A DNA stretch of 64,000 bases from Octopus vulgaris (lineage: Eukaryota), in assembly GCA_951406725.2 (NCBI GenBank), contig OX597820.1:103602001-103666000 (forward strand), written 5' to 3'. Of this stretch, positions 1 to 12,743 are shown in pieces; positions within the stretch are counted from its first letter, which is position 1; each line of letters begins with the position of its first letter. A model generated the notes under the pieces. That model saw only the letters and a program-made list of their open reading frames with translations, did not search any database and was not told the origin of the DNA. A program made the translations under genes and the position numbers.

Positions 1-867
1 ATAATTTGCTCTTATTGATGCACAGTTTAGGAAAGTTAATCTGAACTCGCACTTGAATTGAATTTGTACACCTAGTAAAGCATACAGAAGAATTTAAATG
101 AACTATTATGGTTCTTGATTGTTAAACAGTGTCACCAAAAACATATAATGCTCAAGTGCAGAAGGTAACAAACCAGACAACACCTTACAGTGTAAATTTG
201 AGGAATGGTAAAGCACTTGCTACACTGTAAGCAAAGTTTTTGAAGATTTTGATAAAAATTAGGAAATCCAGGTTCTCTGAATTTATGACGACTTTTAACA
301 CCATCATCCTCACCACTTAATGCTTGTGTTCCATGCTGACATGGACTGGACAGTTTCACAGGAACTGCACTGAGCTTCTACTGTCTGATTTGGCATGGTT
401 TCTACAGCTGGATGCCCTTTCTAAAATTGAACACTTTACACAGTGTACTGGGTGCTTCTTGTATGTAGCACCAGAAAAGTCACCAAGTAACTTGCAAGTT
501 GAGACCCCTTAATTGAGAAGGCAAGTAGTGTTAAGGAAGGCAGTTTTGTGTCAGGTGATGAGAGGTTAAAGCATGCTAGAGGGACAGAAACAGATGTTTT
601 GCTGTAGAAGTGATGCATGGCTACCCCATTTGGAAGAGAGAGAAGATACAGTAGAAGATATGTTGGGGTTGTATCCTCAAGTTACATCGAGGTGAATATA
701 AGCAGATAATCCAACAATAAATGTAAAAAGTTAACTAGGTGAAATATTTAGGTATTAACAATATCCTCACTACCCAACAAAAACAATTAACTTTCTATCT
801 TTCAGAATAATGATTTAAACAAATGGCAGAACAGTTTGGATACATGATGGGTTATACAGGGAAATTA

Positions 868-1165
868 AGAAACATCCGAACGTGGCCGTAGACAGCGCCG
901 CCCAACTGGCCTCCGTGCTGGTGGCACGTAAAAAGCACCATCCGACCGTGGCCGTTGCCAGCTTTGTCTGGCACCTGTGCCGGTGGCACGTAAAAAGCAC
1001 CCACTGCACTCACGGAGTGGTTGGCGTTAGGAAGAGCATCCAGCTGTAGAAACACTGCCAGATCAGGCTGGGCCTGGTGCAGCCTTCTGGCTTCCCAGAC
1101 CCCAGTTGAACCGTCCAACCCATGCCAGCATGGAAAGCGGACATTAAATGATGATGATGATGATG
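868..1165 (+). mobile_element. SINE-like element ending in (ATG)n with internal ~60-bp GTGCCGGTGGCAC repeats
   Basis: Shared GGCGTTAGGAAGGGCATCCAGCTGTAGAAA...CATGGAAAGCGGACGTTAAA(TGA)n block; other copies at 4020-4452(+), 11061-11395(-), 13301-14226(+), with decayed ones near 300, 5446, 16759 and 45125. Confidence 0.8.
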
Positions 1166-1560
1166 AAAGGTAAAGCAGTTTTTAGCTGTTACTAACAGTT
1201 GTAAGTACAATTCCGGTGTCTACAGCAGAATAAGGTTTTCTCTGTCAAAATGAGACCTTGCAATATATGTGAAGACATGGCTTTTTAGAAGCAAAAGATA
1301 TACTGAATAAATGACAAACAGGTTTGATTCCCAGACCGGGTGTTGCGTTGTGTTGAGAAAGCACTTCATTTCATGTTGCTCTGCAATCATTTCGACATCT
1401 GACATGTGGCACCCATTGCACCTGTACAGGTAATATCGATCTGGTGAAGGGAGTGAGCTTATGTCTACACAAAACATTTGATCACTATAAACAAATCATC
1501 TGTGTGCGTGTTCGGCAAGAAGTTGTGAAACCCCTATATGTCGTTTAACGACCGGAGAGT

Positions 1561-1603
<43 letters not shown>

Positions 1604-2836
1604 CTGATAATACAGAAGAAGTGAGTTGACTACATTACATAATAGAACCAACAAGCTAACATAATAAATAATAATGACAAATGACTTGTAGAAACACATG
1701 TTAAGTTATACAAAGCCTAAAATACCAATTATGTATTTCGTGTATGCATGTACATGTGTGTATATATACATGTGACATGTGTCTAAGTATAAAATCATTA
1801 TATCCAATGTAGGTTATATATCACCAATATAACTCCTACAGGCCATCCCCATGTAGACCCCAAGCATAAATCTTAGATTGTGAACTTAGTTCCCAAACTT
1901 ATATCCATCAATGGATATAGGGAAGCAAATCGCTAAAGAGAGAGATGGGGGAGGCTTATTACTTGCAAGTAAAATCGTAAAAGGTTCGTTACTTGAGAGA
2001 GAGAGAGAGAGAGAGAGAGACTAGGAGAGTAAAAAAGAGGAAGAAAGGGGTGTTGAGAGAGAGGTAGGAAGAGAGAATAAGAATTGAGTAAGAGAGTAGA
2101 GAGAGTGAAAGAATAGAGACAAAGACAAGAGTACAGGGAGAAAGAGAGTAGAGAAATAAAATGCAGAGACAGAGTAGAAAGAGTGAAAAACTATAGAAAA
2201 AGAAAGAAAACGGGGCAAAATAGAGAATGAAGGTATAGAGGGAGAGAGTAGAGAGAGAGAGAGGGATCGAACAGAGTTTTGATCCAGCCAAAGACACACA
2301 ACACTGAACAAGTAGACCGATTATCCAATTACTTTGAAATGTATAATACAAACAAAAGATGTAATGTAGTTCAGAGCCAACAGATGGTGCTGAAATTAAC
2401 ATCTCAATGGAAACACTGCTGCGAACAAAATTATTGTGAAATTGTTCCACAAATCCATTCAATGGACAAAACATGAACACAAAAGATTGTTGTATAACAG
2501 GTATCATACAAGCACACACACACACACACAAGCAACTTCATGTAGACAGATACAAGTAATATCATTGAAGTGACAAGTTGTACAATGTTCAGGTCTCCAA
2601 ACGTTTATCTGTCTTAATTAGCAGTTTTCTATTTTTCATTTAGGCTGGGCAAAGTTCAGGGTCGATAAATTAAGTACTAGTTGCGTACTGGAGTTGATCT
2701 AATTGACTGGACCTCTCCTCAAATATTTCAGGCCTTGTGCCTAGAGTACAAAAGAATATATTTAGCTTGGTCAAGTCAGTCTCTTACTACAATGAAGTTT
2801 TGTCTGTGCATTCTCAAAGTCATCAGGCAAATTATG

Positions 2837-2872
<36 letters not shown>

Positions 2873-2875
2873 ATG

Positions 2876-2914
<39 letters not shown>

Positions 2915-4019
2915 TTCTTTATTAGCCACACAGACGGGACAGATTACCAAGTAGAGCTTTTCTTTTTGGGGAGAAAAAAAAAAGTGGGGTAGGTTTTCGA
3001 TCAAAAGGGATCGTAAAAGGGAAAGAAAAAAAAACGTTCAATAGGGATCATGTATCACAGAAATGTCATGATGTAAAGTGTAAAGGGGGAAGCAGATAAG
3101 GTTTATCCATGGAAAGAAAAGCCTACAGCAAAGACCACGGTAACCTCGATCAATAATGTCAAACATTTGTTTGCAAGTAAGTAACCCTCTGTTTTAAATT
3201 TTTCCGGGTTCATAGGATTATGCTCAAGGTGGCTTCGTCATATATATAATAAATGCCAAAACAAATTTCTGTGAGTCAGTGTGTCACACTTTGAACCCCT
3301 CTTTCACTCTTCAATGACACTTTTACTATTCCTCCTGCTGGGGTGAGTGTAATAGTAGGCACAGAGACGGTGAGGGCAGTAGTAGGTTGACGGTTGTGAT
3401 GGTAATAGGATGATAGTAATAGTATGAGCTGTAGTTATGATAGAGGCAGAGGTAATGGTGATGATGGTGTTGGTGGTCAGGGATGGTGGTGATACTATGT
3501 GATGTGAAAGACAGTGGTGATGGTGGTGGAGGGGAAGGTGGCAACGTCAAAGATATTGATGGTGGTAGTGTCAGTAGTCTGAATGGTGTGTGTGTGTGAC
3601 CGTTGTGGTGGTGATAGTGGTGGAACTGGTGATGATGGCTGAAAATAATCAACAGAAAGAGAGACGAGAGAAAGAAAGAGGTTAGAGAGAAAAAAAAAAT
3701 TGTACTGACCCCTGAATGGGAAGACAAAAAATGTTTATCATGCAGCTTTGCAATAATTTCCAATTCGACAAATTATATTATTGTTTTGATGAAAATTGTT
3801 CTTTGCTTGAAAAATATTGGTCAAGTTTAATAAAATTTAATATGTACTCAATGCATGAAGTGTCACTGTTGGACCCAAGGCCCCTCCACAGGAGCTAGCT
3901 TAAAAACCACCTGAAAGGGCAGTTTTTAAGCTATTAGATATATACAAACATACATACATACATATGCACACGCGTTTCTGTGCATATGAATGTGTATATA
4001 TATATATATATATATATAA

Positions 4020-4452
4020 AATCAAAATCGAAATCGAATGTTTCAACATCAATGGAAATTGTAGCTGAGACACCAGTGCCGGTGGCATGTAAGAGAACCA
4101 TCCGAACGTGGCCATTGCCAGCGCCGCCCCGACTGGCCTCTGTGCCGGTGGCATGTAAAAAGCACCATTCGATTGTGGCCATTGCCAGCCTCGTCTGGAC
4201 CCGTGCCGGTGGCACGTAAAAAGCACCATCCGATCGTGGCCGTTTGCCAGCCTCGTCTGGCACCTGTGCAGGTGGCACATAAAAAGCACCTACTACACTC
4301 TCGGAGTTGTTGGCATTAGGTAGGGCATCCAGCTGTAGAAACACTGCCTGATCAGACTGGGCCTGGCACAACCTTCTGGCTTCCCAGACCCCAGTTGAAC
4401 CATCCAACCCATGCTAGCATGGAAAGCGGACGTTAAACGATGATGATGATGA
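4020..4452 (+). mobile_element. (ATG)n-tailed SINE-like element copy
   Basis: Same body and tail as 868-1165; starts after (TA)n. Confidence 0.8.
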
Positions 4453-4504
4453 TATATATGAATAAATAAATGGAGTTTAACACAGGTGTAAATCAAATAT
4501 TTTT

Positions 4505-4590
4505 ACTTTCAACACATGTTTCGAAAATTCCACTGATACTATTCAAAAGAATAAATGGTATAAACAATGCAATCTTCTCTTCAGGAAAGT
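4505..4590 (-). ncRNA. Type I hammerhead ribozyme motif (PLE type), intact core
   Basis: Minus strand reads ACTTTC-CTGAAGA-GAAGATT...AATTTTC-GAAA-CATGTG-TT-GAAAGT: 6-bp stem I, long interrupted stem II, 2-bp stem III. Confidence 0.7.
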
Positions 4591-5262
4591 GAAAAAAACG
4601 AAACTCATCAATAAGACATTTATTTATTCATATATTATACAAAAAATTTCACGTAAACACGAAGTTTCTACCTTTATAAACAAGGAGTTACAACCTCTTT
4701 ACTTGTGAGATTTTTGCTACCCTGGTAACTATTTTTTAATTTTTTCCGTGTTAATTGTTAACAAGGTAAAAACACACTCATCTATCTATATATATATGTT
4801 GCATGTGTGTGTGTGTGTATGTATCATGATTTTGATTATCAAGTTATACCTGCTCTCAATACATTTGTATGCTGCTGTTTTGTGAGAAGAGGGTTGTCAC
4901 ATTTCAAAACTAATTTCTTTGTTAGAGACTGACAAAGATCTTTTAACTGAGGGGTTTAGAAAGTACTGAATACATATAAGGACAAAAAAAAAAAAAGCAC
5001 TTTTTGTGTAGGACAAAGTTTAGTACATATGCATGTAGAAATAGTGAAAAATAATTGCATGGGTGCATAGCATGAGGTCAAAGTACACAAATGACAATAG
5101 TAAATGGTTGTAGGGAATAGTGAAAATCTTATATTGACAAGTAGGTGCATAAGTGACAGTATTGAATCATTGTACATAGGTGAGAAGGTTTAGTTTGAGT
5201 AATTGCGTGAGAATAACGAAAATAGTCTTTCGGGTGTCTATAGTAAAGGTTGATTGACAGTG

Positions 5263-5400
5263 CTAAAGTTCAGTATGTGTAGGAGAGATAGTGATTGTCA
5301 TAGTTTTACCTATGTATAATGCATTGCAAAGTTTGCAAGTAATGCAGTATATGAGGTAGACAGAAGTGCAACTAAACTTTTGAATGATTTGCAGAAGTGT
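5263..5400 (-). pseudogene. Penelope-like element GIY-YIG endonuclease fragment
   Basis: Translates as QKFSCTSVYLIYCITCKLCNALYIGKT, the PLE C-x-S-x-x-IY-x-I-x-CxxC-x3-YIG pattern; ends in a premature stop. Confidence 0.8.
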
Positions 5401-5825
5401 AGCTTAGCTTTCATATTGACATTAGACCATGCATTTATGAGGTGCATCATCATCATTATTGTTTAACATCCTCTTTCCATGCTAGCATGGGTTGGACGGT
5501 TTGACAGGAGCTGGCCAGGCAGGAACCTGCACCATGCTTCTGTGTCTATTTTGGCATGGTTTTTATGGCTGGACACTCTTCCTAACACCAACCACTCTGT
5601 AGAGTGGGCTGAATGCTTTTTACATGGCACTCACACAGGAGAGGTCAGTTTTGGCATGATTTTTACAGTTGGATGCCCTTCCAAATGCAAACCACTTTAC
5701 AGTGTGGAGTGGATGCTTTTTAAGTGGCACCATCTGTTATTTCCCACCTTGTGACTGCAGTTATATTGTTCACTTTTAACTCCCAGATATGTTTAGACAA
5801 GAATGCTGCATTTCTGCTGTATATA

Positions 5826-5983
5826 CCATATTTTAACATGTATAAGGAACCCCTAATTTTGGAGGCTTAAAATTTGGAAAAAAAGGTTTTGTAAGGTCTT
5901 ATAATACTATCCATAAAATACTCCCATATTTTTTTAACCTAATTTTTGACAAAAAAGGGTTCCTTATACATGTTAAAATATGG
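5826..5983. mobile_element. Tc2/pogo-type MITE, 158 bp
   Basis: TIR CCATATTTTAACATGTATAAGGAAC at both ends, flanked by TA; second copy in the opposite orientation at 21714-21874. Confidence 0.85.
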
Positions 5984-6387
5984 TAATTTGGAATGTGTGC
6001 AGCACATGTACACATTCTGTTGATAGTGTGTTGAAAGTGTAACTGCTAGAGTAAGAATAGCCTGGGCAAAGTTCAGAACCACTGTGAAAGATAGTGCACA
6101 GTCTATTATTTTCCATCTTGTGGTTGTGCTTTACTGGACACGTTGAGACAGGGACACTCTCTTCACTTTGCATTCCAGAATGTATGCATGTGTTGTGTGC
6201 CTGTGAACATTCCTTTAATAGTGCCAATATAGATGTTTTACAATTTGTGCTTATTTTGTTGTCATGTAAATAATATTACGGTGTATATATTACAAATGAA
6301 TGAATATATAAATATAAGAAAGGGAGAGAGAGAGAGAGAAAAACAGAGAATGAGATAATATGAATGAAAAGTAATAAATTAACTTAC

Positions 6388-6483
6388 TTCCCAGCTGTAA
6401 TATGAAAATTGCCTGCAACCCGGTTGACATGTAGTGAACCATGAATTCGGCAGGCATCAGGTGGTCCATCACGTTTAAGCCCA
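6388..6483 (-). CDS. ERGIC2: ERGIC2 coding exon 5 (GLKRDGPPDACRIHGSLHVNRVAGNFHITAG); downstream exons not found in window
   Basis: gttgcag acceptor, gtaagt donor, 96 nt; conserved CRxxGxLxVNxVAGNFHI motif of the COPII-coated ERV C-terminal domain. Confidence 0.94.
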
Positions 6484-6556
6484 CTGCAACAACATATACA
6501 ATGTAACGTTTAGATACACAAATATACAAACATATACACATGTATGTGTGTAAGTA

Positions 6557-6600
<44 letters not shown>

Positions 6601-7736
6601 TGGATACAGGACATCACCAACTGTGTAAACAACATGAAATACGAAAACAAACAAGTTAAATATGCAAACAACAAGAGAAAAAATTAAAAAAACAGGACTA
6701 ATAAACACAGAGAATGACCCTTCATCAGTATTGGCTGCCTATCTATTCCTCATTTCAAGTATTCACCACACATACACACAAATATGTAGCATCATATAAT
6801 GTCCAGTTTTCCATGCTTGCCTGGGTCAGATAGGATTTGGTGAAGCAGATTTTCTATAACTTGTTGCCCCTCCTGCTGTCAACGCTCACCTGATTCCAGG
6901 CAATGTAATATTTTTCATAGCCAAACATGATTTCCCATAGCAGACTGAAAACGCTTGTATGATGATGATGCTTGTTTACAACCATCACATGATGTCAGAC
7001 AAGGGTACACATATGCACACTTACTCATAGTACAACACAGTGGAACTGAATCCAAAACCAAGAAGCTCTGAAGTAAACTCCTTAACTACACTGTCATATA
7101 TCTATTTTAATGTATGTCATCTCAGATTTTTAGCATAATCTTCCCCAACTTATATTTTCCACAGATCATTTTTCCTATGTTGCCAGTCATCACTCCCTCT
7201 CCCTTGACTCACTTCCTGTTGACACTCATACTTCATTCTCAAAACTGTTTACCGAAGAAGGGTCTCAAAATGCTTGAGAAAGATTAAGTAAGTACTAGAC
7301 TCTAGGTCCAAAAAACATCACAGCCAACATTTGGAAGAGTATTTCTATAAATGAAATTCTACTTCCAAAGTAAGGGAATCATTACCTGTCTCAGAACTAC
7401 AAAGGAATCACAATCTCACCTCTTGTCTCCAAAATCTAGAACTCTATACCTCTTGATAGAATTTCCCCTATATTCATACAATGATACATTGGAACCAAAA
7501 TGGCTTCTGCAAAGGCAGAACAACACTGCTATCAATCAAAGAAGCGTTCAGAATCACTAAACATAAGGAACCAATTATATTTGAAAATTTATCCAAGACA
7601 TTCAGTAGTGTCAATGGAAGGGCTAAATTACATATCACTTATTTTAATACTTCACCATTTTTATCACAACAACCTAAAAATAAAGATCTATAACAAAATT
7701 TTTATCATGATAACAACCTAAAAATAAAGATTTATA

Positions 7737-8990
7737 TTAGGTTGTCAAGAAAGTTCTTGCAGTTTTTAACCATTAAATTCAGATGTACATATCTCGGCTC
7801 AAACAAAACTTTATTAATCGAAATAAATACCATCAGAATCAACATACTTTTGCCAACAAAACAAGTTTATTTATGACAGTAGCATAAAAATCCTGTGTTC
7901 TGGTGGCGATGAAGTTGCTGAATGCGTGTTTGGTATCGTCTTGGTTTTTGAAGCATTTCTCATACAAGAAGTTGTCGAGATGCTTGAAAAAGTGGTAGTT
8001 GGTAGGCGAGGGGTCTGGTGAGTATGGCGGATGAGGCAGAGTTTCATAGCCCAATTCGTTCAACTTCTGCAGGATCAGTTGTGCAACATGCAGCCAAGCG
8101 TTGTTGTGGAGAAGAATTTATTCTTTTCTACTGACCAATGCTGGCTGTTGTTGTCGGAGTTTCTTATGCATTTCATCCATTTATTGACAGCACTTTTCTG
8201 CCATAATGGTTTCGCCTGGATCCAAAAAGTTGTGATTAATGAGGCCGGCCGCAGACCACCAAACAGTCACCATGACCTTCTTTTGGTGCAACTTTGGCTT
8301 CAGGAAGTGCCATGGAGCTTTGTCAGCATCCAATCACTGAGCTGAGCATCGCTGGTTGTCATAAAGAAACCACTTTTCATTGCAAGTCACAATCCAGTTG
8401 AGAAACGTATCATTCTTGTTGCATAAAAGAAGGGAAGACGACACTTCAAAATGGCATTTGTCTTTGGTTGTCGTACAATTCGTGGGGCACCCGTTTCTCA
8501 AGTATTTTTATTTTTCCAATCTCTTTCAAGTGGTTGGAAATTGTCGTATACGTTATGTCTAATTCAGAAGCAAGTTCTCGAACAATTGTGTGTGGATTGT
8601 CAACATCCAATGGCTGACCACTACTCTTGTCATCTTCAAGACTCCCATCACCGCTGTGACATTTCTTGAACCACCATTGTGCTGTACATTCAATAGTGGT
8701 TCCTGGCCAAACGCATCATTGATATCGTGAGCTGTTTCAGCAGCATTTTGGCCTAGCTTGAACTGGAATAAGAAAATAGTGTGAATTTGCTTTTTGTCCA
8801 TTTTGTATTCAACATTCTGAAAAAAATGGTCTAATTATTCAAAAAGAAAAAGAGCAACATGATTAGATAGAGCGAAACATGGGCTTTAAAATGATATATA
8901 AAGTCAAAGTAATTTAATGAAAATTAATTTGAAAATACATTATTTAAAACCAAAGTTAAAAATTCCTTAAGAACTTTCTTGACAACCTAA
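7737..8990 (-). mobile_element. Full-length defective mariner transposon, 1254 bp
   Basis: TIRs TTAGGTTGTCAAGAAAGTTCTT with TA TSD; broken transposase MDKKQIHTIFLFQFKLG..., (W>R)VPHEL, VTC(D>N)EKW, LPHPPYSPD. Confidence 0.95.
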
Positions 8991-9410
8991 TAACAAAATT
9001 CTTATCACGGAAACAACCTAAAATTAAAGATTCATAACAAAATTTTTATCACAGAAACCTGAAAATAAAGATTTATTAGAAATCAACAGGAGAGCCACTG
9101 AATCTGATAGACATGGTTGGACTGCCTTTTCTCTCTACTTGATCAAGGTTAACCTGGGAAATAAACTACATACTGAATTATGAATCCAGCACAAGACATT
9201 GATTTTATGGAAGGGAGAGGGCAGTACATTAAATCAACCGCAGTATTTCACTGGTACTTATCTAAATACTTTCTGACAGATGAAATGCAAAGTTGATACT
9301 GATGGAATTATAATGTAAAATTATAATGTAAAAGACACAAATAGATGACATTTATCTTGAGCAGACCACAACCCTAATAACAACAAAAAGAATGTATAAA
9401 TAATACATAC

Positions 9411-9630
9411 GGATCTGGCATGTTAGCAGCAAGAGATGATATCCCAGATGTGAGCCACAAAACTTCCTGGATAGCATGGTAATCTTCTCTTAAATATTGG
9501 TTAAATTCTTGAAGTGTATTATGGTAGTGTTGCTGCTGTGGAGTGAGATCAAAGTAAGCATCATCTTGCTGTAACTGACCAAAGGCTTGAACATCTTGGC
9601 CAGTGATATCTAAACAATCAGCTCCAACAG
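9411..9630 (-). CDS. ERGIC2: ERGIC2 coding exon 4 (VGADCLDITGQ...FDLTPQQ...MPDP)
   Basis: ttttctag acceptor, gtatgt donor, 220 nt open; GAD-x-LD and FDL-x-PQQ motifs typical of ERGIC2. Confidence 0.92.
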
Positions 9631-9654
9631 CTAGAAAATGAAAAGTAAAATACA

Positions 9655-10487
9655 ATAATAATAATAATAATCCTTTATATTATAGGCACAGGGCCAGAAA
9701 TTTTGGGGAAGGGGGTTATTCGATTACATTGACCCCAGTGCATAACTGATACTTAATTTATTGACCCTGGAAAGATGAAAAGCAAAGTACGCCTCGGCAA
9801 CATTTGAACTCAGAACGTAGCAACAGGTGAAATACTGCTAAGCATTTCGCGTGGCATTCTAATGATTATGTCAGCTTGCTGCCTTTGATAATAATAATTA
9901 TCCTTTCTACTATAGTCACAAAGTCTGAAATTTTGGAGGAGGGGTTAAGTCAATTACATTGACCCCAGTACTCAACTGGTACTTATTTTATCAAGCCCAA
10001 AAGGATGAAAGGTAAAGTTGACCCCTGGCGGCATTTGAACTCAGAACATGGTGATAGATGAAATGCTGCTAAACATTTCACTAAGTGTGCTAACAATTCT
10101 GCCAGCTCACTACCTTGATAATAATAATAATAATAGTTTCAAATTTTGCCACAAGGGCAGCCATTTTGGGGGAAGAGATTTGTCGATTACATAAACCCCA
10201 GTGTTCAACTGGTACTTAATTTATCGACCCTGAAAAGATGAAAGGCAAAGTTGACCTCAGCAGATATAATAATAATAATCCTTTCTACTATAGGCACAAG
10301 GCCTGAAATTTTGAGGAAGAGGTGCTAGTCAATTACACCAACCCTAGTATTTCACTGGTACTTAATTCATCGACCCTGAAAGGATGAAAGGCAAAGTTGA
10401 CCTAAACGGAATTTGAACTCAGAACAGAGTGACAGGTGAAATACTACTAAGCATTTCATCCAGCATGCTAACAATTCTGCCAGCTTG
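9655..10487 (-). mobile_element. Head-to-tail array of four tRNA-headed SINE copies joined by (AAT)n
   Basis: Repeated GACCCCGAAAGGATGAAAGGCAAAGTCGACCTCGGCGGAATTTGAACTCAGAA block; sense-strand B box GAGTTCAAAT. The central domain resembles the Meta/MESC SINE domain (from memory, unverified). Confidence 0.85.
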
Positions 10488-10497
10488 GAGAGGTATA

Positions 10498-10770
10498 GAG
10501 AAAATAACAAAGTACCAGGACCTAGCCACTGAGTTGCAAAGGCTGTGGAAAGTGTAGGTAAAATGTATCCTAGTAGTTATAGGTGCATTAGGAGTTATTC
10601 CTAAAGATTTGAACAGATGGATAGAGGAATAGGCATAAAACTTAGTTTAATGCATCTCCAGAAAACAGTATTATGAGGGATCACTAGGATACTTAGGAAG
10701 GTTTTTAGTATCCAAGGTTACTTGTAGCCCAATGATAGGAATCATGTGTGTACATGAAATGATAATAATA
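10498..10770 (+). mobile_element. 3' fragment of an R4/Dong-clade (RLE) non-LTR retrotransposon
   Basis: EKITKYQDLATELQRLWKV*VKCILVVIGALGVIPKDL...LQKTVL*GITRILRKV, followed by a short (AAT)n tail. Confidence 0.85.
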
Positions 10771-11912
10771 GTAAAATTAATAATGGTGATGATTGGTTAG
10801 CATCTAGCATAAGCAAGACTAGTATAGAAAACACAAATGAATTGATAAATGATCAATAAAGTTTATTAACTAATGCTTCAAATACACTTCACCCAATATT
10901 GAGATTAGACAGAAAATTCCAATAAGATGACAAATGCTATGCAATTTCAGTTCAAAAGCAACAAATGTTTTTTATGTGATAACTAAGTCTGTAAATGAAA
11001 GGAGTGGGAGAAACAGTCGACTTTACTGCTGTTTCAAAGATGGCAATGAGTGCATATTGTATCATCATCATCGTTTAACGTCCGTTTTCTGTGCTAGCAT
11101 GGGTTGGACAGTTCGACCGAGGTCTGGGAAGCCAGGGGCTGCACCAGGCTCCAGTCTGATCTGGCAGTGTTTCTACAGCTGGATGCCCTTCCTAACGCCA
11201 ACCACTCTGTGAGTGAAGTGGGTGCTTTTTACATGCCACCGTCACAGGTGCCAGGGGAGTCTGACATCGGCCACGATCGGTTGGTTCTCTTAACGTGCCA
11301 CTGGCACGGAAGCCAGTCAAGGCAGCGCTGGCATTGGCCACGTTCAGATGGTGCTTTTTATGTGCCACCGGCACAGAAGCCAGTCGAGGCAAACCAGCAT
11401 CCTTTCACATCAGGGGCACATAGTTGTTCTGTTGAAATTATTTAACATTAATGAATTAAGAAAAAAAAAAAAAGCAATAAACTAAAGAACATTTAAAACT
11501 ACAATCATAATCAAAAATCTTAACTTCAATCAAAAAAGAGCTGCAGATGACCAAGTCAACTGTGTGATGTTTGAATAATTCACCTCTGGAAACAGGGGTT
11601 TTTCATTCAACATCCTTAAACAAACCATATTCAGGGACCGTTTAAGCGAATGGGTTACTCGACCTGATGAAAATTCTAACTGGCCCCACGTAGAGGACAC
11701 TCGATTCTTTATGGTTCAGCACACTTAATTCTAAGTAAGCAGTCATGAAACAAAACAACTCCTGCTGCAAATCACTAGAATGCACAGAGTGAGGTGGGGA
11801 ACAAACATAGTAGAAAGTAGCAAGACAGGTTTGTTAACTATATTAAAAACTGTATGTTCTGTAAACTGAAGAGCCTCCTAGTAAATGTCTCCATATCATT
11901 ACACACAAGCAC

Positions 11913-12498
11913 ATGTGTATGTGTGGTAAGTAGCTTGCTTACCGACCACATTGTTCAGGGTTCAGTCCCACTATGTGGCACCTTGGGCAAGTGTCTTCTA
12001 CTATAGCCTCGGGCCGACTAAAGCCTTGTGAGTGGATTTGGTAGACGGAAACTGAAAGAAGCCTGTCGTATATATGTATGTGTGTGTATGTGTTTGTCCT
12101 CCCAACATCGCTTGACAACTGATGCTGGTGTGTTTACGTCCCCGTAACTTAGCGGTTCAGCAAAAGAGACCGATAGAATAAATACTAGGCTTACAAAGAA
12201 TAAGTCCTGGGGTCGATTTGCTACAGCATGGCCACAGTCGAATGACTGAAACAAGTAAAAGAGTATATATACACACACACATATATATTCTTTTATTCTT
12301 TTACTTGTTTCAGTCATTTGACAGTGGCCATGCAGGAGCACTGCCTTTAGTCGAACAAATTGACCTCAGAACTCATTCTTTGTAAACCTAGTACTTATTC
12401 TATTGCTCTCTTTTGCCAAACTGCTAAGGTATCAGGACGTAAACACACCAACATTGCTTGTCAAGCAATGGTGGTGGGACAAACAGATACACATATTT

Positions 12499-12545
<47 letters not shown>

Positions 12546-12700
12546 ACAGGCTTCTTTCAGTTTCCATCTACCAAATCCTCTAACAAGGCTTTGGTTGGCC
12601 TGAGGTTATAGTAGAAGACGCCCAAGGTGCCACACAGTGGAACTGAACCTGGAACCAAATGGGTTGGGAAGCACCCTTCTTACCACACACCCACGTCTGC
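11913..12700. mobile_element. Two CORE-type tRNA SINE copies tail-to-tail (11913-12262 +, 12290-12700 -)
   Basis: GGTTCAGTCCCACTGCGTGGCACCTTGGGCAAGTGTCTTC head/CORE, internal (TA)/(TG) microsatellite, tail CCAGCATGGCCGCAGTCAAATGACTGAAACAAGTAAAAG. Further copies near 23995, 27555, 33975, 34697, 35047, 42658, 52530, 59830 and 60182. Confidence 0.85.
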
Positions 12701-12702
12701 GC

Positions 12703-12743
<41 letters not shown>

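Noticed and set aside
4851-4965. Possible next ERGIC2 exon (good acceptor, CAG|gtataa donor)
   Set aside because: Stops in all three frames and no similarity to the expected GHAH/NFSH segment.
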